DNA from: Antedon mediterranea
Lineage: Eukaryota; Animalia; Echinodermata
Assembly (NCBI RefSeq): GCF_964355755.1
Contig: NC_092675.1
Coordinates: forward strand, 2,227,812 to 2,291,811
Direction: 5' to 3'
Length of the DNA stretch: 64,000 bases
Part shown: piece by piece, positions 52,379 to 64,000 of the stretch
How positions within the stretch are numbered: the stretch's first letter is position 1
How the letters are laid out: the number at the start of each line of letters is the position of its first letter
The notes under the pieces: generated by a model
What the model was told of the DNA's origin: nothing
Database searches by the model: none
The model's input: only the letters and a program-made list of their open reading frames with translations
Made by a program: the position numbers and the translations under genes

Positions 52379-53089
52379 TTATACAGCTTTAAATAAACAA
52401 TAACAAAATGATTTAAACAAGGATTTCTATATACAAAGGTGAACAAAGTGTTACATAATTAACAATAACATAAGCAAGCTACTCCTTTTAGGCCATATTG
52501 TATGGGTGCTCTACACAGTATATCTCCCACCATTTTAATAAGTGAAGGTGTGAAGTTATCGTGCATGGAATTATATTCAGTAAAATACAGTAGTTGATGG
52601 GAAGGTTTAGAGACTGTAAATTGCACATTAAAACAATCTTGCTCCTAAGCAACATTTTTTGGAAGAGTACGTTTTAATATCTTTTTTCTAGTGTCTTTGA
52701 TTTAACATAAATCACATGCACAGTAGTTATCATTCAACTTGAATAATTCATACATTTACAGTAGAAATGTAATACATGATTTATAGTTTGTCACCATGGA
52801 TGTAATTCAAGCGCCAACTGAAACTTAAGCCTTCATTCAATATTTTATTTTTGTAAATATGATAGCCAATCTCCTGCTAACAAGCCACTGCAATTTACAA
52901 GTTATTGTACAGTACAGTACGTATAAAATGACATTTTCCCTTTTTTTAAATAAAATTCTTATTTATATTCTTTTCTATTTGTTTATACAGTATATTCTCT
53001 TTTTCTGAACTATAATATATTACTAAAGTCTCACAATACAAACAATATTATATTTTCATTTGCTATGATCAAAATTTGAAGTACTCTAA

Positions 53090-53227
53090 AGCTCCGTCTA
53101 CACTATCAAACTAAAAAAATAAAATAATGTGACGTGCCCAAATATGGTAGTGATGTGCCCAAATATGATAGTGATCTGACATCATCACATTATTTGCCAC
53201 ATAAAATTTGATAGTGTAGACAGAGTT
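53090..53227. mobile_element. MITE family A copy
   Basis: Same TIRs, flanked by TAA/TTA, 40 bp from a ZNF608/609 donor site. Confidence 0.8.
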
Positions 53228-53267
53228 TTAGTAACCATTATTCAAGTTGTAAAAATAATATGCTCAC

Positions 53268-53355
53268 CGAGGGGGCGCCCAATCATGTTTTGTACAGTCC
53301 ATTAATGTTCCTACATATGTTTTATTCCTCCATGTCACATTGACAACAAGAACAC
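53268..53355 (-). CDS. ZNF608: ZNF608/609 family, coding exon 3
   Basis: [29 protein letters not shown] continues the conserved core. cag acceptor, GTGAG donor, 88 nt. Confidence 0.93.
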
Positions 53356-54051
53356 CTGCCATCACAACAACAATGAAAAAATTTTAAATCAATCACATAA
53401 AAAACAAGTATAGATTAATTTACATTCTACATATGAACGTTCATTGTTGTATGCGTTGAATATTACCATGAATAATCTAGGCCAACATAAATTAATATAA
53501 TTATACAATGTGTCTCAATACAGTGGGATTGTCATACATACAGTACCCCATATCTTTAGTTGGAATTAGAGAGACACGCCCTTTAGAGACACGCCCTTTG
53601 GCAATAGTGGTCTATGACAGCTTTTGTCTTTCCTCTTCACTTTCATTTTTATACTTTTAGCGAAAGAAATATAACTAAATAATTGTATTAATTATGAATG
53701 TTTGTTAAAATTATTATATTTGTACTTTATTATTCATTACATTTTTCGATATTTTTCCTACTAAAAAACAAATTGTAGAAAAGCAGGAGGGAATGTATTA
53801 TCACCAAAACAAATAGCATTTAAATATTAAATTTATGAAGAAATTCAATTTTATTAAATGAAGTGTTTCACAAGAATTGCTTAGCTTTATTTTTTTTATC
53901 ACATAATTTTTTTTTTTCCAAAAGTATCTAATAAAATCCACCAATATTTAATAGCATGGCATTTTTTCATGCAGTACAATATCTTTGAACGTTGTAGAAT
54001 TGACTTTCAGGTTAAAAACCTGCTGAGTAATAATTTAAGATTCATTCAAAG

Positions 54052-54210
54052 CATGTGGCGTTAGGATAAGGTACCCGGCTTCCAATTGAGAGGTCGCGAG
54101 TTCAAGCCTAAGGCTGGCAACTTGTTTGTGTACTTGTACGACAGTGTGTGCATTTTTATCCTTATTCATTGGCATGTGAACATCAAATGTAGGCTACTGT
54201 GTATTGAATG
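54052..54210 (+). mobile_element. Degenerate tRNA-derived SINE
   Basis: GTGGCGTTAGGATAAGG (A-box-like), GAGTTCAAGCC (B-box-like), then a TTGTGTACTTG core-like segment. Confidence 0.5.
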
Positions 54211-54411
54211 GCAATGAAATTGTTATTGATATCGATGTTATTCCAGACAAACAGCATTTTAAAAACACACAAGAACGCATCAAACAAAGTAAGATAACAT
54301 TACAATATAGTATGGTACAAATAGATAAGATTTTTGTATGCGTTTACGTCCTTGCGTTGCGTCCTAGTGGGAACCAAGCATTATACTTTACAAAGAAATT
54401 GAAATATTTAC

Positions 54412-54544
54412 CTTCAGCAGTCTCGTGCCAAACAATTCCTTCAAGGTTGACGCTTGTTCCTGGTTCACACGGACCTAACTTGTCTGGTTCAGTTAATGTA
54501 CCGACATCACTCGTGCCAACACCAACATTCTCAAATGATGGTTG
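54412..54544 (-). CDS. ZNF608: ZNF608/609 family, coding exon 2
   Basis: [45 protein letters not shown] is the conserved core motif. Canonical AG/GT ends, 133 nt. Confidence 0.93.
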
Positions 54545-54890
54545 CTAATAATATTACAAAAATAGCAAAATCGTAATCAAGGTTTAAGTAATGAAAATAA
54601 TATTTTATTATTGAATTAGTCCCGTTTCTGATGTGAGCAAATAAGCTACTAAATAAAGCATGTGAATATAACCCCACTTCTTATCAACAAGAGACACATT
54701 TCTAATTGCCTGTTAAATGAATTTCTTAAACACCAAGTGAATGACATTTAACAAACAGTACAACGTAAAATAATGGATTATGACCCATGTCGACTATTTT
54801 GTATCATGCATAAATATGGTTGGTATTGTTAGGCCATACTGTACAGTGGGCTGCACTAAAATAAAAATTTGTAAGCAAAACTAAATACTC

Positions 54891-55327
54891 TATCTGGGCA
54901 ACAACATTTTAATCCAACTAGACTTAACAATTATCTGGGCCAGAAATCATTTTAATCCAACAAGACTGAAACCATTATCTGGACCAGCAATGATTTTAAT
55001 CCAACTAGACTATTGCTGGCCCATTATTTGGGCCAGCAATCATTTGAATCAAACTGGACTGAATCCATTTTCTGGGCCAGCATATGATTTTAATCCAACT
55101 AGACTGAAACCATTATCTGGGTCAGCAATCATTTTAATCAAACTAGACTGAAACCATTATCTGGGCCAGAAATCATTTTAATCCAACTAGACTGAAATCA
55201 TTATCTGGGCCAGCAATCATTTTAATCCAACTAGACTGAAACCATTATCTGGGCCAGCAATCATTTTAATCGAACTAGACTGAAACCATTATCTGGGCCA
55301 GCAATCATTTTAATCCAACTAGACTGA
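54891..55327. repeat. 44-bp minisatellite (TTATCTGGGCCAGCAATCATTTTAATCCAACTAGACTGAAACCA), about 10 copies
   Basis: Head-to-tail units with no spacers, more homogeneous toward the right end. Confidence 0.92.
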
Positions 55328-56262
55328 TTGATGAACTACCTAATAATATTCCAATTTCTACTCATCAAGAATCCCACTTTAATTTTCAGTAAACAATAAC
55401 AGACATAAATCAGTTTAAACTGGGTTAAACTCATTGCTTCTCTTTCTTAATCAAACATTAACAAATTGTTGTAATCTATAAAACTATGCTAGCATACTGC
55501 TGTTACTTGCAAATGTGCAATTTTACATCATTACTCTAAAACTACTATAATTCCTCCATGATCATATCATATGTTAATAGCCTCTGAGTTGTACTTTTCC
55601 TATTTAATACAACATTTGATATGTGTGGAAATTTGAATTGGATTTGGAATACTTTTCTATGACAACTTGTCATATTACCTTATTATGTTACGTTACCCGA
55701 TATGAATGTGCAAAAAATGTGAAAAGCTAAGAAGCATCCAATTTACATAAGACTTCTTTTAATTTGGAAAAAAGCAACAAAATATAGGTTTCACTTTCTT
55801 TAGTGTTTCAGTATTATAATTTAGTATTATAATTTAGTGTTATTCTTCATTTTCATAAATTAACATTTAATGTAAAAATTAGATTGGTAAAAAATAATTA
55901 ATTCTGCAGTCAAAATATGGAAATATACTTGAAAAAATAATCAATAATGAACAGCATTGGTAGATGAAAAATAATCACAACTTTAACACCACAATGTGTC
56001 AATTAAATTCTATAATACATGATTGTACCCTTGGATTGGCATGTACTTGTCTGTATACACAAAACCATCCTGACCTTCAGTATGATGTCATTAAATGCAG
56101 CATTTGTCATTACCAAGATTGATGGTTGATACCTGACCCTTACTAAACCTAGGCATAGCACTATAACAATTACCTGAAAACAATGTCATGCTTACAAAAC
56201 ACATGTAACCTATTTTGTAATTGAGCTTAATAAAAAGAAAATAAAAATACTGTATTACAAAC

Positions 56263-56757
56263 CTTATCTAGTTTAGACTTCCTGGGTCTTTTCTCATTCC
56301 ATTCTTTATTTTTCTTCTTTCCTTCATTTTTGTCGTCCTTTTTAGTTGCGTCCTCTTTAGATTCAATCTCTGTATTGTCCTGTTTTTCTTTTCCAATTTT
56401 ATTCTTTGGCTTGTCATCTTCGATATTGTTTTCACATAGATTTACATTTGTACCAGTTCTATCAGTTTTACTATTTCCTATGTCTCGTTTTCGTGATTTT
56501 GTATTTTTCTCCTCTGTTACAGTTAAAGTCTCTATCGTGTCATCACTTCCGTCCATCTTTGCGTTTGCGCTTATTTTGCGTTTAATCTTCATTTTTCCGA
56601 TTCTGAACGGACTTGAGTCGTTTAAACTATTATTTGTGTTCATTGTCTCCTTCTCGAGGTCAGCATCCAAGTCTATGATTAAGTTGCCTAGGCCGATTTC
56701 CCATTCTTCGCCACTCTCGTACTGTGATGCGTCATCCTTTGGGTACGAATTGGCCAT
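56263..56757 (-). CDS. ZNF608: ZNF608/ZNF609 (brakeless/scribbler) family, first coding exon
   Basis: MANS...[24 protein letters not shown] is the conserved N-terminal motif of this family. There is an in-frame stop upstream of the ATG, an acceptor at 56848-56850 (a 5' UTR exon lies further upstream) and a phase-0 donor AAG|GTTTGT. Confidence 0.9.
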
Positions 56758-58690
56758 ATTGTGGTAGAACCTGGCCTAGGAAAAATTATCCCCCTCCGTG
56801 CTCAATACCAGCACCTGGTGTATTCACTAGACAACCATTAACACAATCTGTAAAACAAAACATTAATAATATAAACCAAATTGGGTCAATTTTTATTATG
56901 CTTAAAATGTAATACCTTTCAGTGAACATTTCATTCCACGTTAGTTTTATTAATCTATTAATAATATTCAGAAAAATAAATATCTCCATTAAATATTCTG
57001 CAAAAAAATACTGTATTAATAATTTAAACTAGTGTACCAATCTATACCCAATTACTATAAAGTGATCCAACAATGTCATTGTGTAATATTATTGGAAAAT
57101 TAATACCATTACCAGAGACCTAATTTCAGTCTAGTGTAAAGAACAACAGTGATGCAATATATTCATACTCCAAGACCAATTCAATGTAAACTCTTTGCTA
57201 TCAATGTTTATTTAACTCTTTGGTTTTTATCAAGTCAGTATTCTGACCTTAGACATGGACAAATATGTCAGGTGATAGGAGATATTCAACTGGAAATCAA
57301 TAATGTCTCCACAGTAAAGGGAAATTTCATAGCCACAGCTGAAGATGAGAAATTACCCAAGGGAAATGGCATTTACCCCTGGGGCAAGCTAATATTCTAT
57401 GCTGGCTAAACTAGTGAAATTATGTATCGCTTGAGACTTGATAGTTGATACATAAATTGTTGCCAATTTATAATGCATTTCGTTGAGCATCCTGACAATC
57501 AATAAAACTGAATTCATTATAATTTGTAAATTGTATCATTTCACAACCGCAATGTAACTATAACGATGTAAAATAAATACTTGTAATTATACTTAATACA
57601 CAAAATATTTTAGTAGTAGAGATTGCGTTTAATGTAAAATTTAATTAGGATTGAATTATTCTAACTGTAGCTATACAGGTAGTTAAAATACTCTACTTGG
57701 ATACCATACCGTTAAGCCGTGTAAGAAAGGGAAGATAATGATAGTTGTAATTGGAAATCAAATACTTTGTACATAATACGAATGGAGGTTTAACCTCTTA
57801 ATTGCATAACTATAAAAGTAAATGACAATTAAGAGCACATTTTCAACAATATTTGTTCTAGCTGCGTAAACATTTGCAATATCAAATTTTGGATTATTAA
57901 TATCATTGTTTATCTTATCAAATGTCAATAATAAAAGACAAAGGTGAGAAATATCTTATTCTTTGTGTTGCGTCACATCATAGATAAATTTGTTTGAAAT
58001 CCAAATAGTATCCACCGAGTGGTACACTGCATAAATTATGAACAGCATTTAAAAAGGAAATGGCTAATTTGGCATTATAAATTATTTAAAAAAAGTTTAT
58101 ATAACTAAGAAGTACCTGTATATTGTTGAGGACAGTTATATAACATTATAATTTGTCTATTAATTATTACTGTAATTTTGGTATACAGTAGTACAAGGGA
58201 AAAGATTAGAAATTACTTCTTGATTTTAAAAACATCCCAGCAGGCAATTTATAATTTTGAAACCTAATCCATAACTTCAATATTTTATTCATATTAAAAA
58301 TAACTTGTTTATCTCATTTTATCATGGTATGTACTTGTTTTACATAGTTTTGTACGTTTAGACATGAAGGTAGACTTCTGCATGCGGCACACATATTTGT
58401 GTCTCAACTAGGCTGCGGATATAGCGTTACACATTGTTACGCATCTATTCTACAGTTTACGCAAGATACATAAGAACTCCACTTATATATCAAGTGATTT
58501 TTCAAAATCGAACATTTATTCTACGCTCACGTTGAGAAGTGCCGATTTTTTCACCAAATTGTAAATTAGACAGAAGACACAACCACAATCACTTAAGTTT
58601 ATTATAAAAATTATATTTCAAAATTATACAAGTTTTTTTTCATGTTACAGAGTTATTCAACAGAAACACATTTTGTATAAATTAAAATTA

Positions 58691-60763
58691 CTAGATGGTA
58701 CGCTCGCTTCGCTCGCGTACCATCTAGGTCGTGCCCACAGATGGTTCTGGAATACACAGTAATTTCAGCGTAACAAAACTGGCGATTTCAAATGTACGTA
58801 CCGCAGGACTATAGGCCTATACATTGTCGTTTACAGAAACGAATAAATAGACACGATGATTTATGTAGTCAACTAAAATTAGCACCCTGGGAATTACTTC
58901 CGAAGGAGAAACTTATCACAAAATGAGTCCAAGTTTTTGATTTGAACTCATTTAAAGAAACCCAATTTGTGTTTTGTATGTAACATTAGGGTTGAGGGAT
59001 GGGAAAGCGGATAGGTACAAAGAGGAACAATTTTTAAATATATTCTTTATCCACTCAGTAACGAAATATTTTTTTCATGTTTTATAGGCCTATAAATAAT
59101 ATACCTCTAAATACAGTAAAACATTTGCGATTTAATACTTTTTTTATTTTATTTATTTATTTATTTATTTTAAATATTCATTGTACACTAATTTTCCCCG
59201 TGTATGGCAAGAGATTCCTAATTATATTAGAGAACATTCTTTATTTAGTTTAGTTAAAACTGTCATAATCGATTGAAATATTAAAGTACCATGTCACGAT
59301 ACACCACTACGACGTTTATATTTGGTAATTATTAATTAATACAAACGTTGAGAAAGAACTGTCAGTATAAAGTTTATTTGTATATAATAATGTGTTTATA
59401 TATCTAACAGTAGAGCCTATCCACAATCTCGCAAGTTTATTCTCAAAGGGCCCATATATTTACCTACCGTATGTGTTAAACCAAGGGCTCATAAATTTAC
59501 CTACAGTACTTGTGTTAAACCAAACTCTGGCAGACTGAGAGATTGGGATGTTCCATTCATCGCAAATCAATAGATTTGTATAATCGTATATTAAATCTAT
59601 CAAAATAGTATTTTTTAAAGAAAATCGGCCTGTCTTCAACATTATGATGGTGTACTCTAGCTGCTCAACCGGTTTTCAGCTATTAAAAACAATTATCGTA
59701 GGAGGAGATAGGAAAATGCGAAGCCTCCTCGCATTTTTGTGGCGGGTATTTTTCAAGACGGACATCCATTATACAGTGTATACCACGGTCGGAAAACACC
59801 CCTATTTGGGGCAAATCTTGGAACCTAAATTCGTTTTAACCGTCAATAACTTATTATCTAACTTAATTTAATTAGTAAACAGGGTTACATCAGGTGGTTA
59901 AAATCAGTACCGAAAGTACGAACCAACTTTATATACCATCGAGTAAAAATTCTAGAAGTAAGGCGCGATTTACCGAATTTTGCCCTTACGTAAATTTATA
60001 TATAGATACAAACGTTGAGAAACAACTGACAGTAATAAAGTATTATATTATTATGTGTTTAATCTAAAAGTAGGGGCTACCCACACTCACAGTGATAAAG
60101 TTTATTAGTATATTTGTTTATATTATATTTAACAGTACCAACACACTTTTGATTCAAATGGCGATCAAAAGTGGTTAATACCTATTTGCAGTATTGTATA
60201 GCATTACAATACTATTTCTGTTTATTCTCCAAGGGTCTATAAATTTACCTACTTGTGTTAAACCATGGAGGTATGCAAGTATGGTTAAACCAAATAATTT
60301 GGAATGTTCCATTCATTGCAAATCAATACATTTGTATAAACGTATATTAAATGTATCAAAATAGTATTTTTTAAAGAAAATCGGCCTGTCTTCAACATTA
60401 TGATGCTGTACTCGAGCTGTTCAACCGGTTTTCAGCCATTAAAAACAGTTAACGTAGGAGGAGATAGGAAAATGCGAAGCGTCCTCGTATTATTGTATGC
60501 GGGTATTTTTCACGATGGACATGCATTAAACAGTGTATACCACGGTCGGAAAACACCCCTATTTGGGGCAAATCGTTGAACCTAAATTCGTTTTAATCGT
60601 CAATAACTAATTATCTAACTCAATTTAATTAGTAAACAGGGTTACATCAGGTGGTTAAAATCAGTACCGAAAGTACGATCCAACTTTATATACCATCGAG
60701 TAAAAATTCTAGAAGTAAGGCGCGATTTACCGAATTTTGCCCTTACGTAAATTTATATATAGA
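58691..60763 (-). mobile_element. Non-autonomous Helitron-like element with an internal tandem duplication
   Basis: On the minus strand it begins A|TCTATATAT at 60763 and ends CTAG|T at 58691, with the terminal hairpin CTAGATGGTACGC-n11-GCGTACCATCTAG. There is no TSD. 59341-60007 is repeated at 60008-60763. Confidence 0.75.
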
Positions 60764-61649
60764 TTTTGTCCCGAGCAAGCCAAAAAAATGTAAATTGGCT
60801 TTCAAACATTCCATTCAATGGACAATTGGCTAGTGTTGCGGCTAGTGTACTATGAGTGAGTACAGGGACATGCCTTTGTTTTGCTGCAGTATACTGTACA
60901 TTTTGCTACAACATGTTAACACTAATTAATGATTCATTTTCCCTACGACACACAGTAGAGCAATCCAGTTCCTTCCCTAAAACATGCAACCTCAAAAACA
61001 AATCTATAAAGAACATTTTTTACATATTACGTTTTTTATGGAGTTGCTACATTACTACTGTACATTAATAATGTTTATTAAAATGGTAGTTAAAGCAAAT
61101 TGTAATGTAAGGGACACATACTTATTTACAGACGCTGCTGTACATTTTTAGGAATTTCTTCAAACATTAGTAGCATTTAACATTGAGTATTTATGCTATT
61201 ATTACTAGTTTCATTGGGATAATTTACAAACAAAATAATTATTTGATTATTTACATGAATGTGACTAATTTATTATGCAAAACCAGTATACTGTAAATCT
61301 TCATACTCATTACTCAATAACAATATTACCACTATACTTTTTACACTTTATTCTGTCATGCTTTACTTACATGGTGGATTTTGTAAAAGAGTTAATATTT
61401 AGCAGCTTTTGTATTTATTCAGTAAAGGTTGTAGAGTACCCAATAATATACTCTTTATTGTTGTAGAAATTGAACTTGAAGTAGCGTAGCACTGAAATAA
61501 GCTGGTCACAGTATTATTTTTGTAGCACACAATATTTTAAAGTTTTTCCTGACTACTACTAAACCTGGTACAGTACAATAAGAGCCCCACCCATACAGTA
61601 GCTATGTATCTATGTTTCTAAGCTCAGGAAAACAAATATATCAAAAACC

Positions 61650-61915
61650 ACACCGAAACCTTGACTCAGAAATACCGGGATGGTGTCCGGCGGGGGATAG
61701 TTTTACCTTAGTTAAGCATAGTTAAGCTTTGTTACATTTTTTTTTTCACATTATTGATTGTCTCCATCCCCGAAACCTCGACTAAGAAATACCGGAATGG
61801 TGTCCGGCGGGGGATAGTTTATTACCATTAGTTAAGGTCCTATGTAAAGCACCTAGAGGGGTCAGTGATCCATTAGGCGCTATATAAATACTGTTTATTA
61901 TTATTATTATTATGT
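61650..61915 (+). mobile_element. L2-type LINE/SINE 3' end with a duplicated 50-bp GC-rich segment
   Basis: GTAAAGCACCTAGAG...GGCGCTATATAAAT..(TAT)n tail. CCGAAACCT.GACT.AGAAATACCGG.ATGGTGTCCGGCGGGGGATAGTTT occurs at about 61653 and 61769. Confidence 0.55.
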
Positions 61916-64000
61916 TATATTATGTGTCAATAAATTGAATCTTGATCTTTCTCATGACAGCCACACCTCTGTACAATAGAGCCCCACCCATACGAGCACA
62001 TACAGTAGCTGGGACTGGCAGCCACACCTCTGCAATTGCAATACAGTAGTACATACTATCCCATCCAATGTGATATGGATGGAGATGATGTCATCAATGT
62101 GTTTGCATTGCCAAATTGGAAACTTCCCTAAAGATCCTACATTACAATACAAAGAAATATTTCTAACATACTATCATACTGCTAATACAGTGTAGATGGG
62201 TAAATAAGTATGAATTCAATTTTTTGTTCAACATGAGCTAAAGTACCACCTCTGGGAATCCGATACAGTGACTTAGCCCAAGGCATATGCATTTTTCTCT
62301 CCCTAATAAACACAGTAGTACTGTAGATTAAAATCTTTAAGAACATTGGAAGGTAAGCTAATATTTGACTCAATTGTTTAAAGAACAAAAGAAAAGGGTT
62401 GTGTTTCAAAATTGTGACCAAGCCAGCTTTTCCATTGTTTATAAAAATCACCAATTTGGAGAAGTGTTTTGATTCTTTTAAAGAGTATCCAGAAAAACAT
62501 GTATGTATGTAGGTATGATACAAAGAGACTCTTTTTACCAGCAGTATTGGAATAAATACAGTGTTTAATAAGCTTTTTATAGTGTTTAAACATTTTAATT
62601 TTTATGAACAGCATATTATCTACAGTAATGCTGTATTTAGACTTTATAAAAATTCCATTTTCTTCAGAGGAAAATCAACAGGGCGTTGAATTAGCTGTAA
62701 AAAAATTACAATAGTTAAAGTTTATGATTTATGATTAAAATAATATCAACAAGAGAGAGCTGTATTATAAGGTATTCCCAATGCAAAGTTCACAAAAATG
62801 AATATTAAAATAAGACCACAAGATAGTTTCATTTTTTTCTAGCATGACAGGTCATAATTCATATTTAAATAACACTCAAGAATAATTGATTCACATTCTA
62901 ATCTATAAGGTTTAAAGTCCAATTTCAACAACATACTATACGACAAGTAATGTACTGTATGATCAAGAGATACTACGGAGAAATCAGCTTTTAATGGTAT
63001 TCCATTTGATTTAAATTAACCTGGGTGAAACCTGGCGAGGATAACAGCGCACAGATATTGTCATTTCTGTTCCGACATGGAATTTTTAATGGAAAATAAT
63101 TGAATTTTTTACCTGGGTAAAAATATCAAAGTGCTTATTGATTTTTTTACACAATGTACAGAAAATAATTTGAATTCAAATCTGTTGGCAAAAATAGCCA
63201 TGCACAGTAAGAAATTTAATCGCCGAGGTGAAAATTCAATTTCAATTATTTCAACATAATTTGGGCATCGATACTAACTGTATTACTTGGCACGACTTAG
63301 TGTTTTAAAGTTACATAATTTAGTAAAATTTGATGCTTGCAGTCACATTGCTAAATTGAATTTTGCTATGGTGCAAATTTTATATAAATTTCATAACTGC
63401 AGTGTGTGTAATTCATATTAAATATTATAATTATAGAATTATTTAATTCTAATACATAGGAAATAATGGCTGTTTCTCATGTTGCTGTACAGTACAAATA
63501 TACAATATACAGGTTGTACTAATTGATTTACTGCATCAACACATTTCTAATTTTGGATGATAACTTTGACAGACACCCCCATTTCTACAATGGTTGAATC
63601 AAATTGAATGAACTGCTAGTATTGAACTAGGCCTCAGTATGTGTAAGTAGTGATCTCCATTGAGATTAATCTTACCATCAGATCATAATATCTTACATTT
63701 CTGTTGATGTAGTCTTTAAGTCAACATTTATATCGTTCACACCATATTTTTTTTATTAATATAATACTACAGTACCATACCAGTACAGTCAGTCAAATTT
63801 TAGACTCAATTGTTATTTATGTGACTATTGTGTTTATCACAAAGAGTATTGTTGGTAATTGAATAATTGTTTGATTATTAAAGTCTATTGTTTTCTGCCT
63901 TATGTTTCTGTACAGTTCATATTACAAATATCATTTTAAAATCTAATTTATATTAACCAATGGAAATAAAAAAGTCCACAATTTATTAAAAACGTTTATT

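Noticed and set aside
54891-55327. CRISPR-like appearance of the 44-bp array
   Set aside because: Units are contiguous with no unique spacers, there are no cas genes, and the context is a eukaryotic intron.
56330-56767. 145-aa hydrophobic plus-strand ORF
   Set aside because: Antisense to a Lys/Glu/Asp-rich exon, which produces Phe/Ser/Leu-rich shadow ORFs.

Overview
This is AT-rich animal genomic DNA with spliceosomal introns, probably from a marine invertebrate; the WntA-like gene and Deu-domain-like SINE would fit an echinoderm-type deuterostome (inference). Two multi-exon genes lie on the minus strand. (1) A ZNF608/ZNF609 (brakeless/scribbler) family gene with six coding exons from 56757 to 39369, about 1400 aa, all splice phases consistent. 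(2) Downstream of it, the first three coding exons of a Wnt ligand, most like WntA (33817-33738, 20572-20304, 3557-3295); the rest lies beyond the left edge. Introns are dense with small mobile elements: nine copies of one TWA-target MITE, a Harbinger derivative with a decayed Myb/SANT ORF, a non-autonomous Helitron with a duplicated 5' half, tRNA-derived SINEs, LINE remnants and minisatellites. The strongest unexplained signals are a 2.66-kb TIR/TSD-bounded CpG-rich element in Wnt intron 1 carrying promoter motifs and an apparent spliced antisense transcript, a recursive-splice-like site antisense to Wnt intron 2, and a chain of back-to-back hairpins nested in a MITE. All calls were made by eye; no searches were run.
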